The notes below the pieces were generated by a model. That model ran no database searches. It was not told the DNA's origin and was given only the letters and a program-made list of their open reading frames with translations. A program made the translations under genes and the position numbers. From contig NW_021834575.1 in the NCBI RefSeq assembly GCF_006345805.1, positions 1-46,673 of the forward strand: 46,673 nucleotides of DNA, read 5' to 3'. Shown here in pieces: positions 24,630 through 37,560 of this stretch. Positions within the stretch are counted from its first letter, which is position 1. The number at the start of each line of letters is the position of its first letter. The stretch comes from Octopus sinensis. Lineage: Eukaryota.

Positions 24630-25462
24630 TATGATAGGTGTAAATATTGTTGCTAGCATTGGCCACGATATTATTCATCTTATTATCATTACTATTAATT
24701 GTAATATCGTCGGCAATTTCTCTGACTATAGGAATGCTGGGATTGTTATCATCAATAATACAACTGTTATTGGAAATGCTGTTACTATTACCACTAACAC
24801 CACCACTGTTAATAATCCGGCTAATATTATTATCATTATTACTATTGCGGTGGTGGTGGTGGTGGTGGTGGTGGTGGTGGTATGGTGGTGATAATGATGA
24901 TAAGGTGGTTGTGTTGCTGCTGTTGATGGTGATGGTGAGTTGCAGTAGTTGTGGTGGTTGGGGTGGTGGTAGAGATGGTGAAGGTTGTGATGTTGGTGAA
25001 CGATCGAGAGATGTTGATTGTTGCGTTGGTGGCAGTGGTGGCTGGGGCCGCGGTCGTGGCCGTGTTAGTACTTGTATTGATTATGGTGACGGAAAAGAGG
25101 GTGAGTGTTGATAGTGAAGGTGCTTAAGGTACACATTTAGACAGCGAATCCAGTTTCAGATTGGGCTGTTTCCTCTCAGCTCCATTCCAAACACTCTTTA
25201 CACTCGGCTCCACTGCGTCGCTTCGTCTCTTCGCAAATACAGTGACGCTATTTACTGATAGATTACTGATGAGGCTCATATGTAAGTATGAACGCGTCAA
25301 GCATGCTAACCAAGAGATGTGTGCCTGCGCGTGTGTACATATATATATATATGTTATTATATATATGTGTATATATAATATATATATATATATACATATA
25401 TGTATGTATGTATATAGATACACATCATATACATCTATATGCACAAATATTTCATATATAGT

Positions 25463-25503
<41 letters not shown>

Positions 25504-25612
25504 GGATGGATGGATGGATGGATGGATACATACACATATATATTCATTTTTACACATTCATACACATTCATATATATATGCATATATATGCATAAATATA
25601 TATATGTATATA

Positions 25613-25674
<62 letters not shown>

Positions 25675-26030
25675 GTATACATAACTGAGTAATTAATATA
25701 TGTACAATATATATATGTGTGTATGGACATACACATATACGAGCGCAACAAACACGCATACATATACAGATGCATGTAGTTGTTTATATGTGAGCATGTG
25801 TGTGGTGTGAGATATGTGTGTGTGTGAGCGTGTGTGTGTGTCTGTCTGTCTGTGTGTATGTGTATGTCTACGCAAACACATACGCATACCAAAAACCCCC
25901 ACGCAATCACGCCCATTGCCATAGAACCACATAAACACAAACACACACAAAACCACATGCACAATCACATAGATTTACACATATACACACACACTCAGAA
26001 AGACACACAAACCTACTGACGCACATACAG
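24630..26030. repeat. ATT/GGT-rich low complexity and (TA)n/(GATA)n/(TG)n arrays
   Basis: Direct reading. Confidence 0.85.
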
Positions 26031-26394
26031 GAAGACGGACCCATACGCACACTCACACTTCTATACCCGAATACTTTAGTCTAATTCACACGCAAATTTC
26101 CTTTGATGTCTATGACATTGAAAACACAACCATATGCTACGTTAATGATTTTTATATAAAGCCCCTTTCTTTGTGGGGATGGGTGGAGGTTGTTTGCCGG
26201 GACCTCGATGGAAATTTAATTTCTTGGAGCTAGATTATGAAGACAAAACTCCGAGTTTACGTGATTCACATTTTTTTAGATGAGTCTTGATTTAAAACAT
26301 ATTTTGTGAATTAATAACTTCCATATATGTGCGTAAGGGTGTGTGTGTGTGCCTGCATGTGTGTGTGTGTATATATATATATATGGTATCTCTT

Positions 26395-26488
<94 letters not shown>

Positions 26489-26729
26489 CACGAGCACGCA
26501 CATAGATACACACACATAGATTATGTTAGCAAATTTTAGTACGAACACATACGGTGACATGCAGAATAATATTTTTGATATTGTCATAATGTAAAGTCAA
26601 TTTTGATTATATGTCTATCACTGCCTTGGTAAATCACTCAGGAATAGCTGGATTTCACAATTTTCGAGCACATATTATATAATTCGGACATTAATTTCCA
26701 AGGTACTACTTTCGATATGTCCCAAACTA

Positions 26730-26929
26730 CAGTAAACCCTCACCCTATTGCGGTTCAGCTATCACGCACTCAGTACATCGCGGATTTATTTGGCTAATAT
26801 ATGTAAATTTATATCGCGGACGCCTCGCTATATCGCGTGTTTCTTCAACCGATAAGTATTCTTTTAGATTTTAATTATTTTTGTGGGAGGTTTTGGAACT
26901 CAACATCTGCGATAGTCAAGGGATTACTG
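26730..26929. mobile_element. 200-bp Tc1/pogo-type MITE
   Basis: TA|CAGTAAACCCTCACCCTATTGCGG ... CTGCGATAGTCAAGGGATTACTG|TA: imperfect ~23-bp TIRs and TA duplication at 26728-26729 and 26930-26931. Confidence 0.8.
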
Positions 26930-27167
26930 TATATATATAAGATCTTACTGTATATAAGACCTTGAATCCAATTCTAACTGCATTCTAAGTAAATTCCCAT
27001 CTACGTTGATATCAGATATTTTCCTCCCAAATATCGAATCAATGAGAAGCATCCTAATATATTATGTTGATCGTTGTGAATCTCTCCATTCCTGTAACTT
27101 CCAGCAATCAATTTTGGAACCGAATTGTGAAATGGATTCATTACAGCAATATTAAACCGCTTAAGTG

Positions 27168-27585
27168 CGGTCAGCTGGCAGAATCGGTAAGACGTCGGAT
27201 GAAATGCTTGGTGGAATTTCGCCCGTCTTCATGCTCTGAGCTCAAATTCTGCCGAGGCTGACTTTGCCTTTCATCGTTTCGGGGTTGTAAAAATAAGCAC
27301 CCGATGAGCAACTGGTCGATGTAATCGATTTAGACCCTCCTCCAAACCTCCTGGCCTTGTAAAATGGTGAGCTGCCAGAATCATGAGCAGGCCAAGCAAA
27401 ATGCTTAGCGGCATTTCGTCCGTCTTTATGATCCGAGTTCAAGTTCCATCGAGATCGGCTTTGCCTTTAATTTTTTCGGAATCGATAAAACAAGTACCAG
27501 TCGAGCACTGGTATCGATGTAATCGGCTAATTAACGCCCTACTCCAAAACTGCTGGTCTTGTGCCAAAATTTGAAATCAATATTA
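27168..27585 (+). mobile_element. Two head-to-tail SINE family B copies (27168-27362; 27365-27585)
   Basis: Both carry GCTG(G/C)CAGAATC...AAATGCTT...TTCAA...CTTTGCCTTT...TCGATGTAATCG...CTCCAAA...CTGG(C/T)CTTGT. Confidence 0.85.
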
Positions 27586-28244
27586 AACACGGCCGATGGT
27601 GGCTAAGTCCAAATCAAAAACCTGTACCACTTCCATGAAACGCACTTCATCCAAAGAAAGTTTTTTTGAGTGATTAATGGAGGAATTATTCATTAAGAGG
27701 TTTAAGCAGGAGATTAAGCATTGACTTTTGAAGTCCCTGTCACCAACCCTGTCAGCAGCAGGGTGCTTTGGATGCAACTGAACTACTGATGGACATCTCG
27801 CTGCACAAATCACTAAAAACGTGAATTGGGAAAAAGGCGAGACGCTCCATATTTTCAGAACTTGATCCACAAGAATTCCACTTACGTAGATTTTTCTTTT
27901 CTTTTAGCAAAGCAATTTTAACAACGAAATTACTGCCAGGAAGGAAAAGTAGAGATAAGGGATAATAAATTTAAAATGCAAAGTCCAAAGAATTTTTCTT
28001 TGACATTGCATCACCAGGCATCCCAAAACTTACAAATACATGGAGAAAGGCGGCATATTAGAATCAGTAGAATCAATAGTATAAATAAGACAGAGGTGGT
28101 GAGGTGATACAATCTTTACTGCGCCTGGCAAAATACTTCACCGTATTTCATATGCTCACAAACTCATTTTACCAGAGAATTGCATCGGTGGTAAACATGC
28201 ACTTACGGTCACATAGCAGTTGACCGAACGACTGAAATCCTTCA

Positions 28245-28692
<448 letters not shown>

Positions 28693-28735
28693 AGATAGAT
28701 AGATAGATGGATGGATGGATGGATAGATAGATGGG

Positions 28736-28823
<88 letters not shown>

Positions 28824-28835
28824 AATAGATAGAAT

Positions 28836-28879
<44 letters not shown>

Positions 28880-28934
28880 TATATATAGATAGATAGATAG
28901 ATATTTGAGTATATGTCTTTGAGTATGTGTGTGC

Positions 28935-29108
28935 TCCCCATCACCGCTTGACAACAGGTGTTGGTTTGTTTACGTTCCGTAACCCAACGACCGGCAGAAT
29001 ATGTACCAAGCTTTAAAAAATAAGTCCTCTAGTGGATTTGTTCCTGTAAATGCTTCTGGGCGGTGCCCCAAATTCATCGCAGTCAAGTGACTGAAACAAT
29101 TGAATGAT
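28935..29108 (+). mobile_element. SINE family A tail half
   Basis: CCGCTTGACAACAGGTGTTGG...AATAAGTCC...GGCGGTGCCCC...GACTGAAACAA. Confidence 0.8.
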
Positions 29109-29854
29109 AGCCAGTAATATGTGGTGTGTGTGTGTGTGTGTGTGTGCGTATGTGCTTCATCAATGTATATCTTCGTAAAATATAGACGCTAAATAAACAT
29201 CAAGGAAATGGGGGAAATGCGTTGTTGTTTAGAATCAACCAAACCCCTTATGATAATTGCTTAGCCCCGACTAAAACAATACTCCCTTTATTACTCCTAC
29301 AGTCACAGACACATTAACGAGCTCTCATGTCTTTCTCGTCGAAAACCTGCTTCTAACGATTCTGTCGACGCTATACTAACCGAATCTTATATCAAATAAA
29401 TTAATAAATAAGTGTTTTTTCAAACGTTTTTCTCTTTCTTTGTAAGTTTAATGGCTTTCATTTGGTCTTCTTGAAAGAAGTTCACAGTTAATGATCATAA
29501 CATATATTGAAACAAAGGTTCGATGTTGTTAGTCTTCTCTCACTCACCGTATTATGATTCAATATAAAGTGAAAAACATTATTATATAAATGAATATATA
29601 TATATGCATGTATATATATATATATATGTATATATATGTATGTGTGCATGTATGTGTGTATGTGTATAAATGTACGTAAGTATATACATACATTTAACTG
29701 AATAATGCTGAGGCTGTTAACCCCCACACCACATCAAAAAAAAAGAAAGAAAATATTGTACAAAATATAAATAAATATATAAATAGATAAATAAATAAAC
29801 TAACCCAATTTAAAAAAATGAAAACAAATTCATCGTACATACATGTATGTATAA

Positions 29855-29887
<33 letters not shown>

Positions 29888-29956
29888 ATATATAGATATA
29901 TATATATATATACATATATATAGATAATCTATATATATATATATATATATCTATAT

Positions 29957-30009
<53 letters not shown>

Positions 30010-30350
30010 CATGTGCATGATTATATATGACGGTATACATATAAGCGCATTATATCTACGTTTATATGTGTCTGTACGTGTGTGTGCGTGTGTGTGTATA
30101 AAGTATATATACTGAAAATGGCTGCAAATCAAAGGCGAATCTCTGCAAGACATTGTAATTATTACTTAGAATAACAAAACGAGCGAATATTTTTCAGGCA
30201 ATGGAAACAACAGAAGTCACTCTGGATTCCATTACAGTCTGTGTCCGCTCCACAATTTTGTCCAGCATGCAGAAATAGGAAATTAAATAAAAATATGTAC
30301 TTGACTTTGCACGAGTGTATATAAATTAATGTGTAGTATTATATATATAC

Positions 30351-30389
<39 letters not shown>

Positions 30390-30585
30390 TATATATATAT
30401 ATATACATATAAAAAATATATATATGTATATATATATATGTATATATATACTATATATATATACATGTGAGCACTCATATATAATATGTTTATATATATA
30501 TATATATATATGTTTGTAATCATACAGACCGACATAGACGGACACAGACGCCAAGGAGTCACACAGACTTGTATGTACTAATATA

Positions 30586-30622
<37 letters not shown>

Positions 30623-30738
30623 CATGTATGTATATCGTAAATCCGAAAAGAACAGCAAACACAAAAAACAACAACAACAACGTGAGTATGTGGTACATGT
30701 AAAGTATAAGCAGACGCTCAGAGAAGGAAAGAAAGATG

Positions 30739-30773
30739 GTTTAACGTTTCGAGCAACGCTCTTCTTCAGTAAC
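30739..30773 (-). ncRNA. Minimal type-I hammerhead-like motif with extra A after A9
   Basis: Minus strand: gtta-CTGAAGA-A-GAGC gtt GCTC-GAAA-CG-T-T-aaac; same family as 45281-45318. Confidence 0.6.
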
Positions 30774-31509
30774 AGAGGAAAGTCCAACAGAAAGGAAGAC
30801 GGAGGTAGAAAATCGCCAACGATTCACATGTGGTTATATTTTGAATCTCCCTTTCACCGTTCCTCCTCCTCCTCCCTCTCGTCGCTGACCAGAGGGCTAC
30901 TAACTTTCTTTCTGTCTACTGCCTTCAACAAGTCAACAACGGCTTTTCCTGTCCTCGTAAGCCGTTTTTCAGAATGCGTTCAAATGGATTTTTCCACCGT
31001 TTAGGCTTCAAAAAGCCCTTATTGTTGGTTTCCTTGTCCTGTCTTTTACTGATTTTTATCTTTATTTGTACTGTTTTATTCTTCATTTCTATCGCTTTTA
31101 CGTCCTGTTCTTGTCACCTTTTTTTACCCCTCCGCAAAATTTTTTTATTTAATTCGCTTTACGGGAAAGACTGTTTCAACGTAGTCGTGTTCTGCCCTTA
31201 CCTCTGAAACACGGAATGAGTCGGAACAGGGGCAGCTGAAGAAGGGGAATGTCCCTTGTGTTGTTTGTCTTGTACTCTGTTTTTTGTTGATAAAAAAAAG
31301 TCCGTTTCCTTGTTTTGTTTTTATGTTTTCGTTTCTCGTTGTGTTCTACGTTTATTTGTGGTGTCCTGTACCCATATATGCATGTATATATACATATAGA
31401 TGTAGGTATGTACATATATGTATGTATGTATGCATATGTTTTATTTATTAAATTGTCATTACATGATCGAACGCACGCGTCGTCTTCTTCCAAGTAAGTT
31501 TTATATATA

Positions 31510-31585
<76 letters not shown>

Positions 31586-31602
31586 ATATATGTATATATA
31601 TA

Positions 31603-31661
<59 letters not shown>

Positions 31662-31767
31662 CTTATATTTAAATAATAAGGGTAAAAAAATTGAATATTA
31701 ATTTAATTAATATCAATTTACGCCAGTGCCTAGCATATAGGAAAAATATGAAAATTCAAAAAAATTT

Positions 31768-32036
31768 TATATTACATACATATAAGAGGGGATAGCCACT
31801 AGGTGGACAGCCACTATGCTAGAAGTAGACCACATATGTTCTGACCGCTAAGAAAAGATTGCTCTCAAGAAAATTCAGCTAACGCCAGAACGTATCTTTT
31901 CATTTCTCTTGCTTATGTTCTGGCGTTTGCTGAATTGTCTTTTCTTAACAATCTTTTCTTAGTCGTCAGACCACTGGGGTCTACTTCTAGCATATTGGAT
32001 GTCCACTTAAAGGTCACCCCACTTATATGTAATATA
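31768..32036. repeat. Long imperfect inverted repeat (foldback), 19-nt loop
   Basis: 31801-31894 is the reverse complement of 31914-32009 (e.g. TATGCTAGAAGTAGACC / GGTCTACTTCTAGCATA), with a looser extension to 31768 and 32036. Confidence 0.85.
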
Positions 32037-32224
32037 CACATACACTTTATATATGTTATAGATATGATATACAGTACACATAGCTTATCAATATAATTAT
32101 TATGTTCTGTCTGCTGTCTTAAGGGATTTTGTTGACAGAAATTAAAAGTTCAGAATATGTTTTTTTGTCTTCTTTTCTATTTTTGCTTTTTTTTCTTTTA
32201 GTTTGGGCTCGGTTCTAATGTACC

Positions 32225-32278
32225 AAGCATTTTGGTGCGAATATTCTATTATTATTATTATTGTTATTATTATTATTA

Positions 32279-32321
<43 letters not shown>

Positions 32322-32375
32322 GTTATTATTATATTTATTATTACTATCATTATTATTATTATTATTATTTTATTA

Positions 32376-32430
<55 letters not shown>

Positions 32431-32475
32431 CATCATCATTATTGTTATTATTATCATTGTTATTATTATTATCAT
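32225..32475. repeat. (ATT)n microsatellite
   Basis: Direct reading. Confidence 0.95.
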
Positions 32476-32479
32476 TGAG

Positions 32480-33030
32480 TGAGAGAGCAGTGCATGCCAT
32501 CAAAGTGACACTGGGGTGAAACATACGAAGCCCAGTATACCCATCATGACTACCCGTCTGATAAGGGTACACTAGGCACATGCATCACAACCATGTGTGC
32601 GCGACATGGTGATCTCATATCAAGATAAACAGCACATGACCTTGCAGGCGGGGCCCAGTTAGAATTTTCTTCAGGTCGAGTAGCCCATCCCGCTCAAACG
32701 GTCCCTGAATAAGGGTTGTTTAAGGATGTTGAACGAAACACCCATGGTTCCAGAGGTGAATTATTCAAACCCCAAAGAATCCCTCTCAACACATGGCTAT
32801 GATGCTCTCCCATTACTTCTGCTCGTGATCAGAGATGCACATATCGTCAGCCACTAAGGGACATACTCAAATGGTTATGGTCAAACAACTGACAAGCAAA
32901 TCTGTGGTATTGAGCAGAATATTTGCTGTAGCCCATCTTTTATACCAAGACAAAACAATGTACATGATAACACTTCCAATCAGTTAAGATGAGAAGCCAT
33001 GAGAGCCACTGCCTGGTACTGCATCAGGGC
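32480..33030 (-). mobile_element. ~550-bp non-coding interspersed repeat bounded by (TAA)n arrays
   Basis: Homologous to 34910-35375 (same orientation) and 34370-34565 (opposite orientation). Strand is inferred from the position of the TAA/GAT tail. Confidence 0.75.
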
Positions 33031-33080
33031 ATTTATTATCATTATCATTATTATTATTATTATCATCATTATTATTATTA

Positions 33081-33132
<52 letters not shown>

Positions 33133-33134
33133 CA

Positions 33135-33727
33135 CTCAGTAGTTTTATTTTTATAGCGTGCTTTCACTTCACTACCGAGCGCAGCTCTGTGTGCCTTAGG
33201 TATGTGGTGCTGTGATTTGTTGTGATGCTCTGATGGTTATTGTATGGAAAGTGTTCTGCGTAGGATGTGTGCAGTGCCTAGTAGTGCAATTTTCTGTATG
33301 TTATATGTGTTTGTAAGTCCTGGTATTTTTGTTATGTATTTGTCTGAATATTTTTTTATCATGCCTAATGCACCTACTATGATAGGGATTGTTTCTGTTT
33401 TTAGATTCCACATTCTGGTTACCTCTATTTCCAGGTTTTTGTATTTTGAAAGTTTCTCCATTTCTTTTAGAGACACGTTGTCATCTGCCGGTATTGATAC
33501 ATCAATTAGAAAGCATTTTTTTTCTTCATGATCTCTGACAACTATATCTGGCCTGTTGGCCTTAATTTCTCTATCTGTGTGTATCGGCATATCCCAGAGT
33601 ATGGTTGCTTTCTCGTTTTCTGTGATCTTTCCTGACGTGTGCCTATACCATCTTTTTTCAGTTGTTATTCCATAATGTTGGCATAGCTTCCAGTGTATGT
33701 AGGTTCCAACTCTGTCGTGTCTGTGAA
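33135..33727 (-). mobile_element. R4/Dong-like LINE 3' fragment with uninterrupted REL endonuclease C-terminus
   Basis: HRHDRVGTYIHWKLCQHYG...ILWDMPIHTDREIKANRPDIVVRDHEEKKCFLIDVSIP...EKLSKYKNLEIEVTRMW...PIIVGALG...QKIALLGTAHILRRTLSIQ*; (TAA)n on both sides. Confidence 0.92.
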
Positions 33728-33764
33728 TATTATTATTATTATTATTATTAGTCCAATCTCTAGC

Positions 33765-34240
33765 TTAGAGATGCAGCACTTCTCTCGGAACACGTACTGT
33801 TCCGAGTATTGCCGCCAACTGAATACTTCCTATGAAATTTGGTAGTTGCAGCTTTTGGTACCAGAATATTGCCTTCTTTGAGATGGACCCAAATGCACCG
33901 AACACAATTGGTGCCAAACTCACTTTTGAGGCTTTAAAGATGCATTTCACTTCCAACGCTATGTCATCGTATTTTCCCATCTCTGTCTTCGCAATATTCT
34001 TCTCTGCCAATATACGTGGTCTGATCAAAATGTATCCCGACTGTTGCCTTAGTAACGAAACTAAGGCACACAGAGTAAGGCCGTTAGGCACAGATTGACG
34101 TTGAACACTGTTGTGCATACGCACTAAGGTTTTACGTTCTAGCTCACTTCCGCTCTTTACAGCAGTGCTTGGAAGAAAGGTGTGTAGTGTGTGATCATCG
34201 CATTCACCAAGACAGATTAAGTTGTCATGGCGATACCTGC
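33765..34240 (-). mobile_element. Diverged REL-clade LINE 3' fragment
   Basis: RHDNLIC...KYDDIALEVKCIFKASKVSLAPIVFGAFG...IQLAAILGTVRVPREVL. Confidence 0.75.
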
Positions 34241-34254
34241 TCAGAGGCCCATGC

Positions 34255-34360
34255 AAAGTTGAAAAAAGTGTATGGAGAGGGGAGTGTATGAGTCGCACTC
34301 AAGTGCATGACTGGTTCAGACGTTTTCAAGATGGCCGAAAAATATCGATATTGATGAACG
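34255..34360 (+). mobile_element. Mariner HTH fragment
   Basis: ECMSRTQVHDWFRRFQDGR. Confidence 0.7.
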
Positions 34361-34369
34361 GGATGGTCT

Positions 34370-34565
34370 ACTCGACCTGAAGAAAATTCTAACTAGGGCT
34401 TGCATTATTCATCTTGATATATGATCACCATGTCACGCACATATGGTTGTGATGCATGTGTCTGATGTATTCTTATCAGTCGATGGGTATAGTCACGATG
34501 GGTATACTGGGCTTCATATATTTCTACCTCAGTCTCACTTTCATAGCATGCGCTGCTCACTCATT
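34370..34565 (+). mobile_element. 3' part of the 550-bp repeat family, with (GAT)n tail
   Basis: Reverse complement of 32480-32690. Confidence 0.75.
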
Positions 34566-34573
34566 CGATAATA

Positions 34574-34606
<33 letters not shown>

Positions 34607-34644
34607 GTGGCCTCTCCCTTCGAAGACGATGTATGAGTGTTCAG

Positions 34645-34895
34645 CATTTGCTGAACGACCAGCACAAATGATCGGTTTACAGCGATCAAATATCTGTTAT
34701 AAATTAGCTCACTCTCGCTCCATCGAATTGGCGTTGCCTGAACAGTTGCACGGTGCACCATACATCAAGGGCGTGGGAGTAATTGCAGGGCAATGTGAGA
34801 TGAAGTGTTTTGCTCAGTAACACAATGCACCACCCGATCTAGGAATTAATACCACGATCTCACGATCGTATTGCAACGTCCTAACCAATAGGCTA
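34645..34895 (-). mobile_element. SINE family C (tRNA-derived)
   Basis: Reverse complement resembles 45487-45760 (GAGATCGTGG..T..ATTCC; CACTTCATCTCACATTGC). Confidence 0.7.
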
Positions 34896-34909
34896 TACGC
34901 CCTTATCAC

Positions 34910-35375
34910 TGAGAGAAGTGCATGCCATCAATGTGACACTAGGGTAAAAGTATACGAAGCCCAGTATACCATATGTACGCGATATGGTGATTTCATATCA
35001 AGATATACAAAGCGAAAGCTTGCAGGTAGAGACCAGTTAGAAATTTGTTCAGGTCGAGTAGTCCACCCCGCTCAAAAGGTCTCTGAATAAGGGTTGTTTA
35101 AGAATGTTGAATGAAACACTCATGTTTCCAGATGTGAATTATGCAAATCCCTAAGAATTCCTCTCGACACAGGGCAATGATGCTTCCTTACTACTTCTGC
35201 TCTTTATCAGAGATGTACATATCGTCAGTCAGTAAGGGACATGCTCAACTGGTTAAGGTCAAAGAACTGACAAACAAATCTGTGGTATTGAGCAGAATAT
35301 TTGCTGTAGCCCATCTTTTATACCCAAACAAAGCAATGTACATGGTAACAGTCGCAATCAGTTAACATTGGGAGT
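34910..35375 (-). mobile_element. Third copy of the 550-bp repeat family
   Basis: Collinear with 32490-32990. Confidence 0.8.
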
Positions 35376-35384
35376 GTTATCATT

Positions 35385-35650
35385 TGTTCTTTCTCCACCA
35401 TAATATCTGGTATCCTTGCTTCAGTAGTATAATCAAACCTATGGTGAATTGCAATAAAATCTTGTAGTTATTATTCTCTATCACAGACTCCAGCTACTGA
35501 TCATACCATTTGTGATGCCTGCGCTTTCACTCTTTTCTTGATAGATTGCTGCAATCACTTCAAAGATCTTTAATATATCCATCCTCTTTTCTGCACGCTC
35601 TGCCTTAGATATCTGACTGAATTGAAAAGAAAAAAAATTACATCTAGTTC
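35385..35650 (-). mobile_element. Highly decayed REL-LINE fragment
   Basis: Frameshifted ...ENNNYKILLQF...DYTTEARIPDIMVEKEQ, resembling the ILWDF/EARRPDIV motifs. Confidence 0.5.
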
Positions 35651-36384
35651 TTTACATTTCATTCGTGAGCTGTTGTAATAGCGATTTAGGTCTTCCCTTC
35701 ATGTTTTCATCTCTCAAACTAAAAGTCCTTCAACCCATGCGTTATGAAATTGTTGTATGATGTAGCCAGACACTCCTTTACTTTCGAGCCATTGTTCTTG
35801 TCATTCCTTTTTCTATTCTTGAAATCTTTCACTGTTTCAGTTATATCTAGCCATATGCTCTATTTACTAGGAAAGGTAAGTGACTGAGATTTTTTTAAAT
35901 GGAGAAAACACCATCAATGCTTCTATTCTGAACTTTTATTTATTGAGGGGAGATTTTTTTATCGGTAAAGGGGCTGCAGATTCTTCATTCGTTCGTTGTT
36001 TGCGCCGCATCACTCTTCCCCTCTAGAAGAAGCCATTCTGATGTAAATAGAAATATAATTTTTTCAGAAAAATATTAAGACACAAATAAATATTTTGTTT
36101 ACGTTTTTTGCATTCGGTATTGGCATAGAATTATACTGATTTAAAAGTTTTAGACAAAATAAATTCATTTCTAAAATACATATCTTTTATTTCCACGAGG
36201 TATTGTAATAGATTCCCAAACGTTCCGAAGTCGCTTGTTTGCAAAATAATCCAGAAAAGAAAAAACATGTTCATCGGGTAAAACTTGGAATGAATCCAAT
36301 TTTTAGAGAGACGTCCCCAGAGACGTCCATATGCTTCAAATACAGAAATAACACCACCAACAACAACAACAGTAATAATAATTT

Positions 36385-36860
36385 CATTTATTTGCTACAT
36401 GGATGTCAGATGAGGGTGACATTAGAAGGACAGTTTACTGCTAGGGTGTATGGTGGTGGTGGGAAAATAAAGGGAGGAGAGGGGAGACGAAATAAAAAAT
36501 ATACACAGATTACAAACTATGGGAACATATGGATGATGCAGTTCTCCTGATCCGCTAAAACTTCGAACTTAATCCAATCAAGGACCTTTGCAGATCTAGG
36601 TACTTCCTAAGTACCGAGGTTGTAAGCCCTCATCCTACTTTTGTTCTCCAATCTACAGATGCATGTTTCGAGTAGGTCCAATTCCCCAAAACATTTTTGC
36701 CAAACTTCCTCATTCTGGCAGATCAACTTCCGCTCCATCCTCACTTTCCTTTCCAACTGGAACATGAAAAAGTTAACGACGGCTTGACCGAAAAGAAAAA
36801 TGTATCGGTCACCCGTTTCCCTCTCAACTTCTTTCACTATAGCCACTAGGCATAGCAACA
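36385..36860 (-). mobile_element. Possible L1/Tx1-clade LINE 3' remnant
   Basis: CLVAIVKEV...FLFGQAVVNFFMFQLERKVRMERK, recalled as Tx1-like ORF2 C-terminus; 3' AATAAA next to an (ATT/GTT)n tail. Confidence 0.4.
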
Positions 36861-36968
36861 CCGACTATCGCGCCTGCTTAGACAAAGACAGACCCACAGA
36901 AATAGGACGCAACAACTACGAAGCTTATGACCATGCATAACGCACATCACCTTCATCCTCTCCCGCTT

Positions 36969-37007
<39 letters not shown>

Positions 37008-37009
37008 AT

Positions 37010-37095
<86 letters not shown>

Positions 37096-37101
37096 TAATA
37101 T

Positions 37102-37153
<52 letters not shown>

Positions 37154-37252
37154 ATATATATATGATAAGGATGAAAAGGAACACACGAGTTGATATATAT
37201 GAAAAAACAAGTCAGGATAGAAAATGCTAAAATAATTTTATAAAGAACATTT

Positions 37253-37288
37253 CAGTGCCGGTTTCAGCCATTGAGACCTTTTCAACTG
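37253..37288 (-). ncRNA. Minimal hammerhead-like motif (U3-A8 core; U16.1C)
   Basis: Minus strand: cag-TTGAAAA-GGTC tcaat GGCT-GAAA-CCGG-C-A-ctg. Confidence 0.45.
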
Positions 37289-37513
37289 TAGCAATTAAAT
37301 AATTAAATTTTGAAAAATTAAAAGAAATGTTTTTTTAAAAGAATATTTGTATAGTGTTCAAATACAAGTGTCATTTCCCTTGTTTCTTCCTGTCTCTTTC
37401 TCTCTTGTTTACTCTTGTGGGTTCCAGGTCGTTGTGAATTCTTGGTAGGGAAGAAGGAGGAGGATGGGGAGGAGGAAGGGGAGAGGAATAAGACGAAGAA
37501 TTTGGATTGCCTG

Positions 37514-37560
<47 letters not shown>

